A DNA stretch of 64,000 nt from an uncultured Gammaproteobacteria bacterium (lineage in GTDB: Bacteria > Pseudomonadota > Gammaproteobacteria > DRLM01), in the NCBI GenBank assembly GCA_963810615.1, contig CAWEOA010000004.1:8874-72873 (forward strand). The letters run 5' to 3'. Of the stretch, positions 46,611 to 56,160 are shown piece by piece. Both the position numbers and the translations under genes were made by a program. The notes under the pieces were generated by a model. It was given only the letters and a program-made list of their open reading frames with translations. It was not told where the DNA came from and did no database searches. Position 1 is the first letter of the stretch, and every line of letters starts with the position of its first letter.

Positions 46611-48056
46611 TCATTCATACGCGTGCCGGGATCCATCGTCATCGCCGACCCTTCCCGATACGGTCACCCGTAACCAGAGGTATCCGCACAGGCCGGCGAT
46701 TAAGGACGCCAGTAAGATAGCGCTCTTGGCGGTCAATAATTGGTCGGCTGAGGACTCGAAATTCAGACCGGCGATGAAAATCGACATGGTAAATCCCATG
46801 CCACCCAGCAGACCGATACCTATAACATGCTTGATATTCATCGCCGGGGAAAGATCGCCGAACCCGGACTTGAGTGCCAACCAGCAAAAGCCGGTAATAC
46901 CAACCACCTTGCCTATCACCAGTCCCAACACAATTCCCAAGGTAATAGGGCTGGTCAGCAACGCCGGCAGTGCCGCGAGATGTATGGGCACTGCAGCATT
47001 GGCCAAGGCAAAGACCGGTAGGATCAACAGCGCAACGGGACTTTCCAGGGTTCGCTCCCACGATTGCAGCGGTGTCGTGACTTCATGGGCCGTTTCCTGA
47101 ATACGTTCGACCACGGCATGCTGATCTTCCGCCGCCAGTATGCTGGCGGAGCCCTGCACGCCTTGCTCTTTTCGCTGCTCTAGGTTTTCGAACTTATCCA
47201 TCAAACGTCGCGTCCTTCCCAAGAACCAAAACGGCCCGCGCCGCGGCCGCGCCGGCACGGTAAATGCCACCAGGATACCGGCCACCGATGCATGTACACC
47301 CGATTCGAGCATCGCCAGCCATACCAGCCCCCCACCCAGCAAATAGGGCACGGCATGGCGTACCCCCAGCAGATTGAGTAACACCAGACCTGCCAATACT
47401 ATGAATGCCAGTAGCAGGTGCGCCAGGCTGAGCGAGTCGCTATAGAACACGGCGATCACCATGACCGCGCCGATGTCATCAATGATGGCGAGAGCCGTGA
47501 GAAATGCCGCCAATGCCGCGGGGATGCGACTACCGAGCAACGCCAGCACGCCCACCGCAAAGGCGGTATCGGTCGCCAGGGGGATACCCCAGCCGTGGGA
47601 TGAAGCCGTTCCGGCATTGAATCCGGCGTAGATCAAAGCCGGCACAGTCATCCCGCCGACCGCGGAGGCGATCACCGGAATGGCGAGTCTGACATTTTGC
47701 AGTTCCCCCGCCAGCAACTCACGCTTAATTTCCAACCCTATCACGAAGAAGAATAGCGCCATGAAACCATCGTTTATCCAGTGATGCAGATCCTTGCCGA
47801 AGGTGAAATTCCCCACGCTCATGCCGATACGCGTGTGCAGCAGGTTTGTATATGCTTCGCTCCATGACGAATTGGCGAGCACCAGAGCTGCCACCGTGCA
47901 AATCAGCAGCAGCACACTTGCCGTAGTCTCATCGCGAATGAATCCCTGAAACGGAGTCACAATCTTCTCGAATCCCCTTTGCATGGGATTACTGAAGAGC
48001 TCGTCGTCCGCACGCTCCTCATGGGCGGTTTTCGTTTGCCTGACGTCATCCTGCAT
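46611..48056 (-). CDS. nhaA: Na+/H+ antiporter NhaA
   Basis: FFFVIGLEIKRELLAGEL and AIIDDIGAVMVIA (the DD pair) are NhaA signatures. Longer N- and C-terminal tails than E. coli NhaA. Confidence 0.9.
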   Translation of the reverse strand: MQDDVRQTKTAHEERADDELFSNPMQRGFEKIVTPFQGFIRDETTASVLLLICTVAALVLANSSWSEAYTNLLHTRIGMSVGNFTFGKDLHHWINDGFMALFFFVIGLEIKRELLAGELQNVRLAIPVIASAVGGMTVPALIYAGFNAGTASSHGWGIPLATDTAFAVGVLALLGSRIPAALAAFLTALAIIDDIGAVMVIAVFYSDSLSLAHLLLAFIVLAGLVLLNLLGVRHAVPYLLGGGLVWLAMLESGVHASVAGILVAFTVPARPRRGPFWFLGRTRRLMDKFENLEQRKEQGVQGSASILAAEDQHAVVERIQETAHEVTTPLQSWERTLESPVALLILPVFALANAAVPIHLAALPALLTSPITLGIVLGLVIGKVVGITGFCWLALKSGFGDLSPAMNIKHVIGIGLLGGMGFTMSIFIAGLNFESSADQLLTAKSAILLASLIAGLCGYLWLRVTVSGRVGDDDGSRHAYE

Positions 48057-48203
48057 GAATTGGAGCCTTCTGTTTTTGGCATCGGTATAGATCCCGTGTT
48101 TTTCACAGGTAACCCGGACTGGTGCAGTGTTATTTCATCCTTCAGTTTCTTATACACCGCTGAATTTCATCAACTACCGTATCATGACCATCCCGGAATC
48201 GGA

Positions 48204-48217
48204 TTGATGAAAATCAA
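48204..48217. promoter_or_regulatory. perfect FNR/Anr consensus box
   Basis: TTGAT-GAAA-ATCAA (10/10), ~120 nt upstream of the ferritin-like gene and ~150 nt upstream of nhaA (divergent). Confidence 0.6.
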
Positions 48218-48329
48218 TGACCTGGGGAGTGTATTTTTGGCACAGTCCACGACTGGAGAAATAAAAGTAATGCTTATCGCACATCACGCATAACTACTAT
48301 CCGCAATATTAATCAGAAAGGACTTTGCT

Positions 48330-48881
48330 ATGAACGAAGAGAGATTTATTACCGATATTCAGACCATACGCGACCGCGCCAGGCACCATATCGAGCACGG
48401 CGCGGTAACCGAAGGCTACAAGGCGAATCGAAAAACGGTCATCAAGCTACTGAATGAAGCACTGGCCACCGAGCTGGTATGTGTATTACGGTACAAACGC
48501 CACTACTTCATGGCCACCGGAATCAATGCGCAGAGTGTCGCAGCTGAATTTCTGCAACACGCCGGCGATGAGCAGGGTCATGCCGACATGATCGCCCAAC
48601 GCATCGTACAGCTCGATGGCGAACCGAATTTCTCTCCCGCCGAACTCGCTTCACGTTCTCATTCGGAATATATAGAGGGCGAATCACTCATTAAAATGAT
48701 CAAAGAAAATCTCATCGCCGAAAGAATAGCCATTGACAGCTACCGGGATATGATCAATTTTCTCGGCAATGACGACCCGACCACCCGCCGTATGATGGAG
48801 GATATTCTTGCCGTCGAAGAAGAGCATGCGGATGACATGGCCAATCTTCTGGAAGACTTTACCGGCTCCGGCCAGGGTTAG
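48330..48881 (+). CDS. ferritin-like / bacterioferritin-family protein
   Basis: LNEALATELVCVLRYKRHYF, EQGHADMIAQRI and EEEHADDMANLL match the di-iron four-helix-bundle ligand pattern (E, ExxH x2). Confidence 0.75.
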   Translation: MNEERFITDIQTIRDRARHHIEHGAVTEGYKANRKTVIKLLNEALATELVCVLRYKRHYFMATGINAQSVAAEFLQHAGDEQGHADMIAQRIVQLDGEPNFSPAELASRSHSEYIEGESLIKMIKENLIAERIAIDSYRDMINFLGNDDPTTRRMMEDILAVEEEHADDMANLLEDFTGSGQG

Positions 48882-48957
48882 GAGCTATCGTGGAAGTCAA
48901 GCCGAGCCCCTCCACACAGTCAACGGGAACAATAAGCAGGCGGTTTGTCGATAAAGA

Positions 48958-49683
48958 TCAATGTTGCGCAATCATATCCAGCGCCGATGTATTGCGCTGA
49001 TATAACTCAACGGGATGCGCTCGTGACTGGGAGAGTATATTTAAGCGCTTAAATTCGGCCAGTACGCGACTGACGCTTTCCGGAGTAGCCCCTAGAATCT
49101 CACCCATTTCTTCACAAGTCAGCAGCTTCACTTCGCCCGACGGTGTCTGGTCTTCGATCTTCGATAGAAAATTCACCAAGCGGGCGACACGCGCCTTGAT
49201 ACTACCGGTGGAGAATTCAGCTATCCACAGATCCGCTTCCTGCAAGTAATCGAACCAGCACTCAATCAAACGGCAATACAGATAAGGATTATCCGATTTA
49301 ATGCGCAGCAGCTCGCTCACCGGTATGCGATACGCATCGGTACTTTCTACGGCAATAGCGGTATGCTCATAAGGCTGCCCCAGCACACCGCCAAGACCCA
49401 GCCATGAACCCTTAGAATGAACGCGCACGATACGCGCCCTGCCGTTTGCCAAATGACTGATCAGCTTCACCATCCCACTACGAATGACAATGACTGTGTC
49501 CGCCTCCGTTCCTTCGCTGTATAAAGTCTCCTTCGAGGAATAGTGTGCGGGTTTGGCGGGGAAAAGCTGTCGGATTTCAGCATCGTCGAGAATGAGCGCC
49601 TGGTCAGCGGCGACATCATATGCCGACGATTTCCTGTATTCTGAATAATCTATATCCGCCAAGGGTATTCTTCCGTTCAACAT
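48958..49683 (-). CDS. Crp/Fnr-family transcriptional regulator (no N-terminal Cys cluster)
   Basis: cNMP-binding-like beta-roll and a C-terminal HTH EMGEILGATPESVSRVLAEFKR with the E--SR recognition pattern of FNR-class proteins. AT-rich gene. Confidence 0.8.
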   Translation of the reverse strand: MLNGRIPLADIDYSEYRKSSAYDVAADQALILDDAEIRQLFPAKPAHYSSKETLYSEGTEADTVIVIRSGMVKLISHLANGRARIVRVHSKGSWLGLGGVLGQPYEHTAIAVESTDAYRIPVSELLRIKSDNPYLYCRLIECWFDYLQEADLWIAEFSTGSIKARVARLVNFLSKIEDQTPSGEVKLLTCEEMGEILGATPESVSRVLAEFKRLNILSQSRAHPVELYQRNTSALDMIAQH

Positions 49684-50664
49684 AACGCACCTCCTGTTCG
49701 CGGATGCTAATTTAAATTACTAAAGTTGCCTTCGTTATTCACCGTATAATTGCCCAGTGCATTCCAGAAAAAACGCATTGGAGTTCATCTCCAATCAATC
49801 ATGTTCGCGATGGTAAATAAATATGAAGGAATAACTGGACCGTAAAGCACCGCTAAATATCCACACAGACGATGCTTCAATAGGAAGAGTGCTTAAACCT
49901 ACCATAAAATCCAGCAGTTTTCACGGCAGATACGCGCAAATAACTCCATATACAATGAATGATAATTCCATGACTAAAGTCCGACATTATTCTGAATCGG
50001 TAAATTCAACTATATAACGCGCCTTGACACATCATATTGAATAACGTGCATGCACTTATGATCACCAGAAGTTATGAATAGTTCAATGGATGTAGATGGG
50101 ACTTCTCGAGCACTGCAATATACCGTATCGGGATTCATATCGGCGTTTTTATTACGCATTCAAACTGCTCATGCCGCGACTATTAGCGATGACCGTTAAT
50201 TCCAATAGGGCTCACCTGGAAGCATGTCGTCAACAATCAATCAAGACCACTTCCGCAAATGCGCCATCAGTCCCGCCGTAAAACTGGGTTCTACGCGCTC
50301 AATACAAGGCGGCGGATCATGTCCTGTGAGCTGATGTCGGTTGTAAATAAGCCTGAAATTAACCGGCGGGATTTGCCTTACCAGATCCTTATAGATGCCG
50401 CCTGATACTTGACGCCGCACACGCATTCTGAAGCGCCCATGAAACTCAAACATCCCCTAAGCGTCGGTAAAATTTACAAAAGTTCTGACCGGGCATCGCT
50501 CGGCCAAATTCCGGCAAACGGGATTACATTTATCCGGCAATCAGTTGCGATCAATTATTTCCCAATGGCATGAATACTGCGTAACAACACCATAATTGGC
50601 AGAACGAATATTGCGTGATCAGTCTCTGTCAGCCCATTAACATTAACCGCATAGGTGTAATAAG

Positions 50665-51357
50665 ATGGTAAGAAAATCATTTATCGTTTGTTTGGTTTGC
50701 CTCCCGGCCCTGGTCGGCACAGCTCATGCGCTGCCTGTGAATCTGCTTTCCAACGGTAGTTTTGAATCTGGCTTGACTGCTTGGAGCGCGGGCGGAAGTT
50801 ATTATTCAAATCCAATTTCTGTCATTCTCACCGACGGCACGACCGGCTCGGCCTACGGCGAATCGATAATGCCTGACAGTGCCTCCGGCGGCAGCCCCGA
50901 CTCAGCCGGATACCATGGGGTCTATTTCGTCGATGACTTTGCTCATCAGACTCTGGACCAGTTGGTATATCTATCCGCCGGCAATTATGAAATCGGTTTT
51001 GACGCCTACGCTCCGCTGAATGGCTTCCAGAATGCGGGAGACGCGTCTTTCAGCGGCACGATAGCCGGCGTCACCCTGGCCAGTTACAACGTCCACGACC
51101 ATCCAGACTATGTACAGACATGGGTCAATTTCTCCGGGCTCGTCACAGTGTTAGCGGATGGATTCTACGACGTATCATTCGCCTATGACACCAACCTCAA
51201 TCCATCCGCCGATGTGGTCGTCGACCGTGTATATATCACCGCTTCTGAACAGGGTGGTGGCACGCAGATAAGCACTGTTCCGGAGCCGGCAACATTTGCG
51301 CTTTTGGCCATGGGCCTGGCCGGACTCGGCATCACGCGTCGCCGCAAGCAGGATTGA
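50665..51357 (+). CDS. PEP-CTERM sorting-domain secreted protein
   Basis: Signal peptide, a beta-rich domain (LLSNGSFESGLTAWS...) and a C-terminal VPEPATFALLAMGLAGLGITRRRK motif. Confidence 0.85.
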   Translation: MVRKSFIVCLVCLPALVGTAHALPVNLLSNGSFESGLTAWSAGGSYYSNPISVILTDGTTGSAYGESIMPDSASGGSPDSAGYHGVYFVDDFAHQTLDQLVYLSAGNYEIGFDAYAPLNGFQNAGDASFSGTIAGVTLASYNVHDHPDYVQTWVNFSGLVTVLADGFYDVSFAYDTNLNPSADVVVDRVYITASEQGGGTQISTVPEPATFALLAMGLAGLGITRRRKQD

Positions 51358-51368
51358 ACCATCCAATC

Positions 51369-51410
51369 GGAGTGTCGAGCCTGTCGGCGCACGGCAGGCT
51401 CGCCCACTCC
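51369..51410 (+). terminator. long GC hairpin after the PEP-CTERM gene (possible terminator)
   Basis: GGAGTG-T-CGAGCCTG [11 nt] CAGGCTCG-CC-CACTCC; no U-tract. Confidence 0.3.
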
Positions 51411-51569
51411 GATCTCACCTGAGCATCCTTCATCCCCAGGCGGCCTGGCCGCCCATCATCACCATGCCCCGTGAGGGCACACTGCCTCAGAGAACTGTAG
51501 AGACGCTGACTGGAATGGGATACGGCTCAACATTTGCCTGTTGCCCCCGTTCTTCCTTATGCTTGTCAT

Positions 51570-52622
51570 ATGACCACCCGGAAAAAAACCAACAAACCGG
51601 CACTGAAGGAGCTGCAACGTTGGACACGCTGGCCCAAGGACAAGCTGCTGGACATGCGCATTTGCGATCTTGGCCTGCATATCAGCGGCTCGGTCCTGGA
51701 ACCCCGCGTTCAGCAGTTGCACCGCGAATTGGAACGGCGCGGTTTCGAGTTCCGACCGCATTTCTGGTTATCCGATGATTGGTACTGTCCGGACGGCGTA
51801 CCGGGCGTCGCCATTCCGTTCTTTTTGTCACACCCGCGACTGCGCCGCCTCGAACTCGAATCGGTCATGGAATTGGAGGGCGGCACGCGCGACTGGTGTA
51901 TGCGCTTGCTGCGCCATGAAAGCGCCCATGCCCTGCTAAACGCCTATCAGCTCCATGAACGCCGCGACTGGAAACGCATTTTCGGCCGTCCCAACACCCC
52001 GTATCCCGACACCTATCTTCCAAAACCCTATAGCAAGCGCTACGTACTCAATCTGCCCAACTGGTACGCCCAGGCGCACCCCCACGAAGATTGGGCGGAA
52101 ACCTTCGCCGTGTGGCTGAGGCCGAAATCGGACTGGCGGCGACGCTACCGAAACTGGCCGGCCATCAAGAAAATCGAGTTCGTCGATCAGCTCATGCACG
52201 AGATCCGCGGCAAACGTCCGCGCCTGCGCAACCTCCGCGAAGAATACCCGGTGGAGAAAATGCGCATGACTCTGCGCGAGTACTACGCCGACAAGGTTGC
52301 ACGCTATGGCTATGATAGCCCACAATTTTTCGATAGAGATCTGCAAAAACTGTTTTCCTGTAATCCCGAATATGCGCACAGAGAAAAGGCGTCTCGCTAT
52401 CTCCGTCGCAACCGTGATGACATTCTTGATGTCGTCGAACGCTGGACAGGAGAGTATAAATATCGTATCAACGAGGCGCTCAAGGAGATGGTGCGGCTAT
52501 GCGATAAACTCGATCTGCGCGTGACGCGCGAGGATCAGGAAATGAAACCGGAAATGGTCGCATTCCTGACCATGGTAGTGATGCACAAACTCTACAGCGG
52601 TGGATTTAGCATAAACTTATGA
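51570..52622 (+). CDS. putative zinc metallopeptidase (Peptidase_Mx-like)
   Basis: HExxH in LLRHESAHALLNAY and a downstream HPHEDWAETFAVWL. Start taken at MTTRKKTNKP (51570). Confidence 0.65.
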   Translation: MTTRKKTNKPALKELQRWTRWPKDKLLDMRICDLGLHISGSVLEPRVQQLHRELERRGFEFRPHFWLSDDWYCPDGVPGVAIPFFLSHPRLRRLELESVMELEGGTRDWCMRLLRHESAHALLNAYQLHERRDWKRIFGRPNTPYPDTYLPKPYSKRYVLNLPNWYAQAHPHEDWAETFAVWLRPKSDWRRRYRNWPAIKKIEFVDQLMHEIRGKRPRLRNLREEYPVEKMRMTLREYYADKVARYGYDSPQFFDRDLQKLFSCNPEYAHREKASRYLRRNRDDILDVVERWTGEYKYRINEALKEMVRLCDKLDLRVTREDQEMKPEMVAFLTMVVMHKLYSGGFSINL

Positions 52623-53650
52623 AAAAGAAAAAACTGCGAGTCATCATGCTGGTACACACCGACCTGGTGCCGCCGGATAATCTGGTGGACGAAGATGACC
52701 CACGCATGAGCAAATACCGCACCGAGTACGATGTACATAAAGCCTTGCTGTCTCTCGGCCATGAAGTACGCATGGTCGCCGTGGCGGACGATCTGACGCC
52801 AATCCGCAGCGCGATTCAGGAATGGAAACCTCATATCGCCTTTAACTTGCTGGAAGCTTTCGCAGACAATGCTGCAATCGATTACTACGTGGTCAGCTAC
52901 CTAGAGATGCTCAAAGTACCCTATACCGGCTGCAATCCACGCGGCCTGCTGCTGGCCAGGGATAAGGCGCTGTCCAAGAAACTATTGAGCTATCATCGCA
53001 TCAAGGTGCCGCGCTTTCGTGTATTCCGCTGGGGTCGAACCGTTTCGGTAGACAATGTGCGAAAGCTGTCTTATCCGCTGGTCGTGAAATCACTGCTGGA
53101 ACAAGGCTCCGTGGGCATCGCCCAGGCATCGTTCGTGAACAACGCCGAAGAACTCGTCCAACGCGTGATACAAGTCCAGGAGATGACCGGCGGCGACGCC
53201 ATTGCCGAACAGTACATCGACGGGCGTGAGCTTTATGTGACCGTCATGGGCAATAAGCGCCTACAGGTATTGCCGGTGCGCGAGCTGATCTTCGGTGGCC
53301 ACGAGGAAGGTGAACCGCGTATTGCCACCTACAAAGTCAAATGGGATCCGAAGTATCGCGAACGCCATGATATCGACTATCAGTTCGTGCGCAATCTACC
53401 GGTCGGCATGGCCGATGCCATCCCCAAACTGGGAAAACGCATTTATCGCATCCTGGAACTGAGCGGTTATGCGCGCATGGACCTGCGCCTCAGCAAGGAC
53501 GGCGTCATCTATGTGCTGGAGGCCAATCCCAATGCCGCGCTGGCCGACAACGAGGACATGGCCTTCTCCGCCGAGAAGGCCGGCATGAGCTACCCGCAAT
53601 TCATTCAACGCCTACTCAACCTGGGCCTGGCCGCACGCGGCAGTCACTAG
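52619..53650 (+). CDS. ATP-grasp enzyme of the D-alanine--D-alanine ligase family
   Basis: ARDKALSKKLL, PLVVKSLLEQGSVGI, AEQYIDGRELYV, DLRLSKDGVIYVLEANPNA. ATGA overlap with the peptidase gene. Confidence 0.85.
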   Translation: MKKKKLRVIMLVHTDLVPPDNLVDEDDPRMSKYRTEYDVHKALLSLGHEVRMVAVADDLTPIRSAIQEWKPHIAFNLLEAFADNAAIDYYVVSYLEMLKVPYTGCNPRGLLLARDKALSKKLLSYHRIKVPRFRVFRWGRTVSVDNVRKLSYPLVVKSLLEQGSVGIAQASFVNNAEELVQRVIQVQEMTGGDAIAEQYIDGRELYVTVMGNKRLQVLPVRELIFGGHEEGEPRIATYKVKWDPKYRERHDIDYQFVRNLPVGMADAIPKLGKRIYRILELSGYARMDLRLSKDGVIYVLEANPNAALADNEDMAFSAEKAGMSYPQFIQRLLNLGLAARGSH

Positions 53651-53689
53651 TCTCACCTCCGTGGGGGGAAGATCACAGGAATATATTTT

Positions 53690-53786
53690 CATAAGGATGG
53701 CACGCGCCCAAGCTGCTGAATCCGGACACCTGACTGAGTGTCTTACCTCCTCACATAATGCTTGCAAAGGGTGGCTTACGACCCTA
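53690..53786 (+). repeat. island-associated repeat, copy A (arm 2 + tail)
   Basis: GCGCCCAAGCTGCTGAATCCGGACAC...CACATAATGCTTGCAAAGGGTGGCTTACGACCC aligns with copies at 54853, 60131, 62474 and 63939. Confidence 0.6.
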
Positions 53787-53923
53787 TACGGGCGTCACCG
53801 ATGAATTTTGGTACTGTTTGCGGCGTGTGGGGCGGGTAGCCTCGAACTGGCTTCTCACTCCGAGCCTTGAATTCTCGAAATGGCTGAATCAGGCCTAGAT
53901 TGAAGATTATGTGACGTATGACC

Positions 53924-53951
53924 TTGCATTTCGCCAATTCCTTACTATATT
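53924..53951 (+). promoter_or_regulatory. promoter candidate for the small-peptide unit
   Basis: TTGCAT, 16 nt, TATATT; ~60 nt upstream of the ATG at 54014. Confidence 0.3.
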
Positions 53952-54013
53952 TGTACAAATAAGACACTTTATCTCACACCGTCTTATACAAACTCTTAAC
54001 ATGCAGGGGAAAC

Positions 54014-54124
54014 ATGACTATGCAATCGACAGTTCCAGAAAGTACCGGCAGCAACATGGCCACAGCCGCTGTGGTCGTAATGATTTTATTCGCACTCTAT
54101 TCAATGGCTCACGTCTGGGGCTGA
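54014..54124 (+). CDS. 36-aa hydrophobic peptide (candidate small membrane protein or type I toxin-like)
   Basis: MTMQSTVPESTGSNMATAAVVVMILFALYSMAHVWG. GGGGA SD 4 nt upstream, followed 40 nt later by an intrinsic terminator. Not in the ORF track because it is shorter than 60 aa. Confidence 0.4.
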   Translation: MTMQSTVPESTGSNMATAAVVVMILFALYSMAHVWG

Positions 54125-54164
54125 TAGCGCCAAGCTTCACCTAAGACAAATTATTTCCTCTTAG

Positions 54165-54190
54165 CCCCGGCACTAGCCGGGGTTTATATT
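54165..54190 (+). terminator. Rho-independent terminator
   Basis: CCCCGGC-ACTA-GCCGGGG followed by TTTATATTT. Confidence 0.6.
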
Positions 54191-54852
54191 TATTGAGCCC
54201 ATAAATCTTTTATCAAATCGTCAATAGTAAACTGCAAACCTAACTGGCACATTGATGCATCAACAGCCTGTTGCTGCTACAACAGACACCGAGTCCCGCT
54301 GGAGATTACCGCAGGCGGTGTCCGGCGGCGGCCCTTGACGCCTTGTGGCCATTTGGCTCATGAATTCGAGCGCCTGCTTCGCGACGCGTTGATCAGATAT
54401 TGGCCGCACGTACGAGGATAATCAGATCCCAGTTCCACGGCCATTCACTTTTTTTAGTTGAGAATAGAAACAGATTGTCGCGCAGTAACCTACACTCGGT
54501 TTGGACCAATTACCAGCTTGGTCGCCCCAAGACATCGCAATTTTGAATAGAAGAGCGCCCCGTTAGACTGAGGTAGGCGCCCGGCCTATCGGGGCTAACC
54601 ACTATTATTCCCGGAGGGCAAATACCAGTGGCTTTAGAATTTTATGCATATCTGAAGCCAGCACACCTCTTCCTTGTAATATCATAAGGTTAATAGCATT
54701 TTATTGAGATGATCAACCGGACCAATTTTGCAGTCCGCAAATTTTGTCTGCAAATTTTGTGATCGTTATATAGGCGGTAATATAGATATCGAGATAGTTG
54801 TCTCTCAATCCAATCGGAGAAAAGGGCGATTATTGGTCGGAGACGTCTGGCC

Positions 54853-54950
54853 GCAGCACCCAGATTTATTCTGTCGGCCGGTCGTTTGCATTTGGGAAAG
54901 ACTAAAGACTTAATGTTGATGCGCGCCCAAGCTGATGAATCTGGGCACTG
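54853..54950 (+). repeat. island-associated repeat, copy B (arm 1 + loop + arm 2), interrupted by the IS
   Basis: GGAAAGACTAAAGACTTAATGTTGATGCGCGCCCAAGCTGATGAATCTGGGCACTG is near-identical to copy C. The IS starts at 54951, and tail-like sequence resumes after 56230. Confidence 0.6.
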
Positions 54951-55003
54951 TGACCTGCCCCGAAAAAAGGATCCAATTTCTCAGTTAGTTTTTGGCCGAA
55001 ATT

Positions 55004-55858
55004 TCATTGTAGTGTCTCCGGTGTCGGCGTGACAAATCGGAGAGCTATCGGCTTGGACAGTACAGTCTGCGGGGCGGGCGGCCTGTACCCCAGTGAGCTA
55101 TGCGGTCTTTTGTGTTGTAGTGGATACGCCAGGCCTCGATGATCGTTTGCGCTTCCTTCTTCCTTTAAGGTGAAAAAGATTTCGCCATTCAATAACTCAT
55201 CCCTGAGCTTGCCATTAAAGCTCTCATTGTAACCGTTCTCCCAAGGCGAACCCGGTTCAATAAACAGGGTTTTCACCTGAGCCGCTGCCAGCCATTCCCG
55301 AACCGCCATGGCCGTAAACTCTGCCCCATTGTCGGATCGGATATGTTCCGGGACCCCGTGCTGCATGAACAACTGACCCAGGCAGTCCAGTACATCGGTG
55401 GAGTTCAGTTGTCTTCGTGTCTTGATGGCCAGGCATTCATGCGTATATTCATCAATCACCGTCAGCATGCGAAAGGCCTTGCCGTCATGAGTGCGATCCA
55501 TGACAAAATCGTAAGACCAAACATGGTTGCGATGCGTTGCCCGTAACCGGATACAGGAACCGTCATTGAGCCACAGCCGAGCCCGTTTGGGCTGTTTCTG
55601 CGGGACTTTCAGCCCCTCGCGCCGCCAGATCCGCTCCACGCGCTTATGGTTTACCACCCAACCTTGCTGCTGAAGCAAGGCGGTCACCCGCCGGTAGCCA
55701 TAGCGTCCGTATTCCGTAGCCAGATCAATAATGGCTCGGGTCAACAGATCCTCGTCATCACGCTGCACCAGGGTTCGACGCTGGGTCGTACAGGGTTGGT
55801 TCAGTAACTGACAGGCCCTGCGTTCGGAGATCCCTAGTTGTTGCTGTACGTGGTTCAC
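55004..55858 (-). CDS. IS3-family transposase OrfB (DDE/rve), expressed as an OrfAB fusion
   Basis: DDE context ([10 protein letters not shown]..., [36 protein letters not shown]). The frame is open upstream to the slippery site. Contains a locally scrambled 17-aa segment (see findings). Confidence 0.85.
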   Translation of the reverse strand: MNHVQQQLGISERRACQLLNQPCTTQRRTLVQRDDEDLLTRAIIDLATEYGRYGYRRVTALLQQQGWVVNHKRVERIWRREGLKVPQKQPKRARLWLNDGSCIRLRATHRNHVWSYDFVMDRTHDGKAFRMLTVIDEYTHECLAIKTRRQLNSTDVLDCLGQLFMQHGVPEHIRSDNGAEFTAMAVREWLAAAQVKTLFIEPGSPWENGYNESFNGKLRDELLNGEIFFTLKEEGSANDHRGLAYPLQHKRPHSSLGYRPPAPQTVLSKPIALRFVTPTPETLQ

Positions 55859-55881
55859 GCACCGTCGGCGGCGCTCGGGGC

Positions 55882-56160
55882 TTAGTAGTTTCCCTTGAGG
55901 GCCTCGTTGAGAATGTCCTTGTCCAAGGAAAGCTCTGCAACCATCTTCTTCAGCCGGGCATTTTCCTTTTCCAAGGTCTTGAGCCGCTTGGCCTGGCTGA
56001 TCTCCAGGCCGCCGTATTCCTTGCGCCAGCGGTAGTAGCTTTGCTCGGTAAAGCCCAGGGTCTTGCAGTCCTGGGCCGTGGTCTTGCCGCGCCCGACCTC
56101 AATCTCAACAAGGCGCAGCAATTTGATGATCTCCTCGGGAGAATAATGTTTTCTTGGCAT
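55882..56160 (-). CDS. IS3-family transposase OrfA
   Basis: HTH ([25 protein letters not shown]) and a leucine-zipper-like [27 protein letters not shown]. Confidence 0.9.
   Translation of the reverse strand: MPRKHYSPEEIIKLLRLVEIEVGRGKTTAQDCKTLGFTEQSYYRWRKEYGGLEISQAKRLKTLEKENARLKKMVAELSLDKDILNEALKGNY
55888..55894 (-). promoter_or_regulatory. -1 programmed frameshift heptamer G_GGA_AAC
   Basis: An X_XXY_YYZ motif in the orfA zero frame, 2 codons before the orfA stop. The -1 frame is open from here into orfB. Confidence 0.6.

Noticed and set aside
50096-50453. ORFs 50096-50281 (plus strand) and 50241-50453 (minus strand) in the AT-rich spacer upstream of the PEP-CTERM gene
   Set aside because: No SD and no motifs. 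The two overlap each other. The minus-strand ORF could be a gene fragment, but I cannot assign it.
53696-53715. TGGCACG in repeat copy A, and TTGCA in its tail, as a possible sigma-54 promoter
   Set aside because: The GG and GC elements are not at the required spacing (TGGCAC-N5-TTGC). The 11 nt before TTGCA read TCACATAATGC, without the GG.
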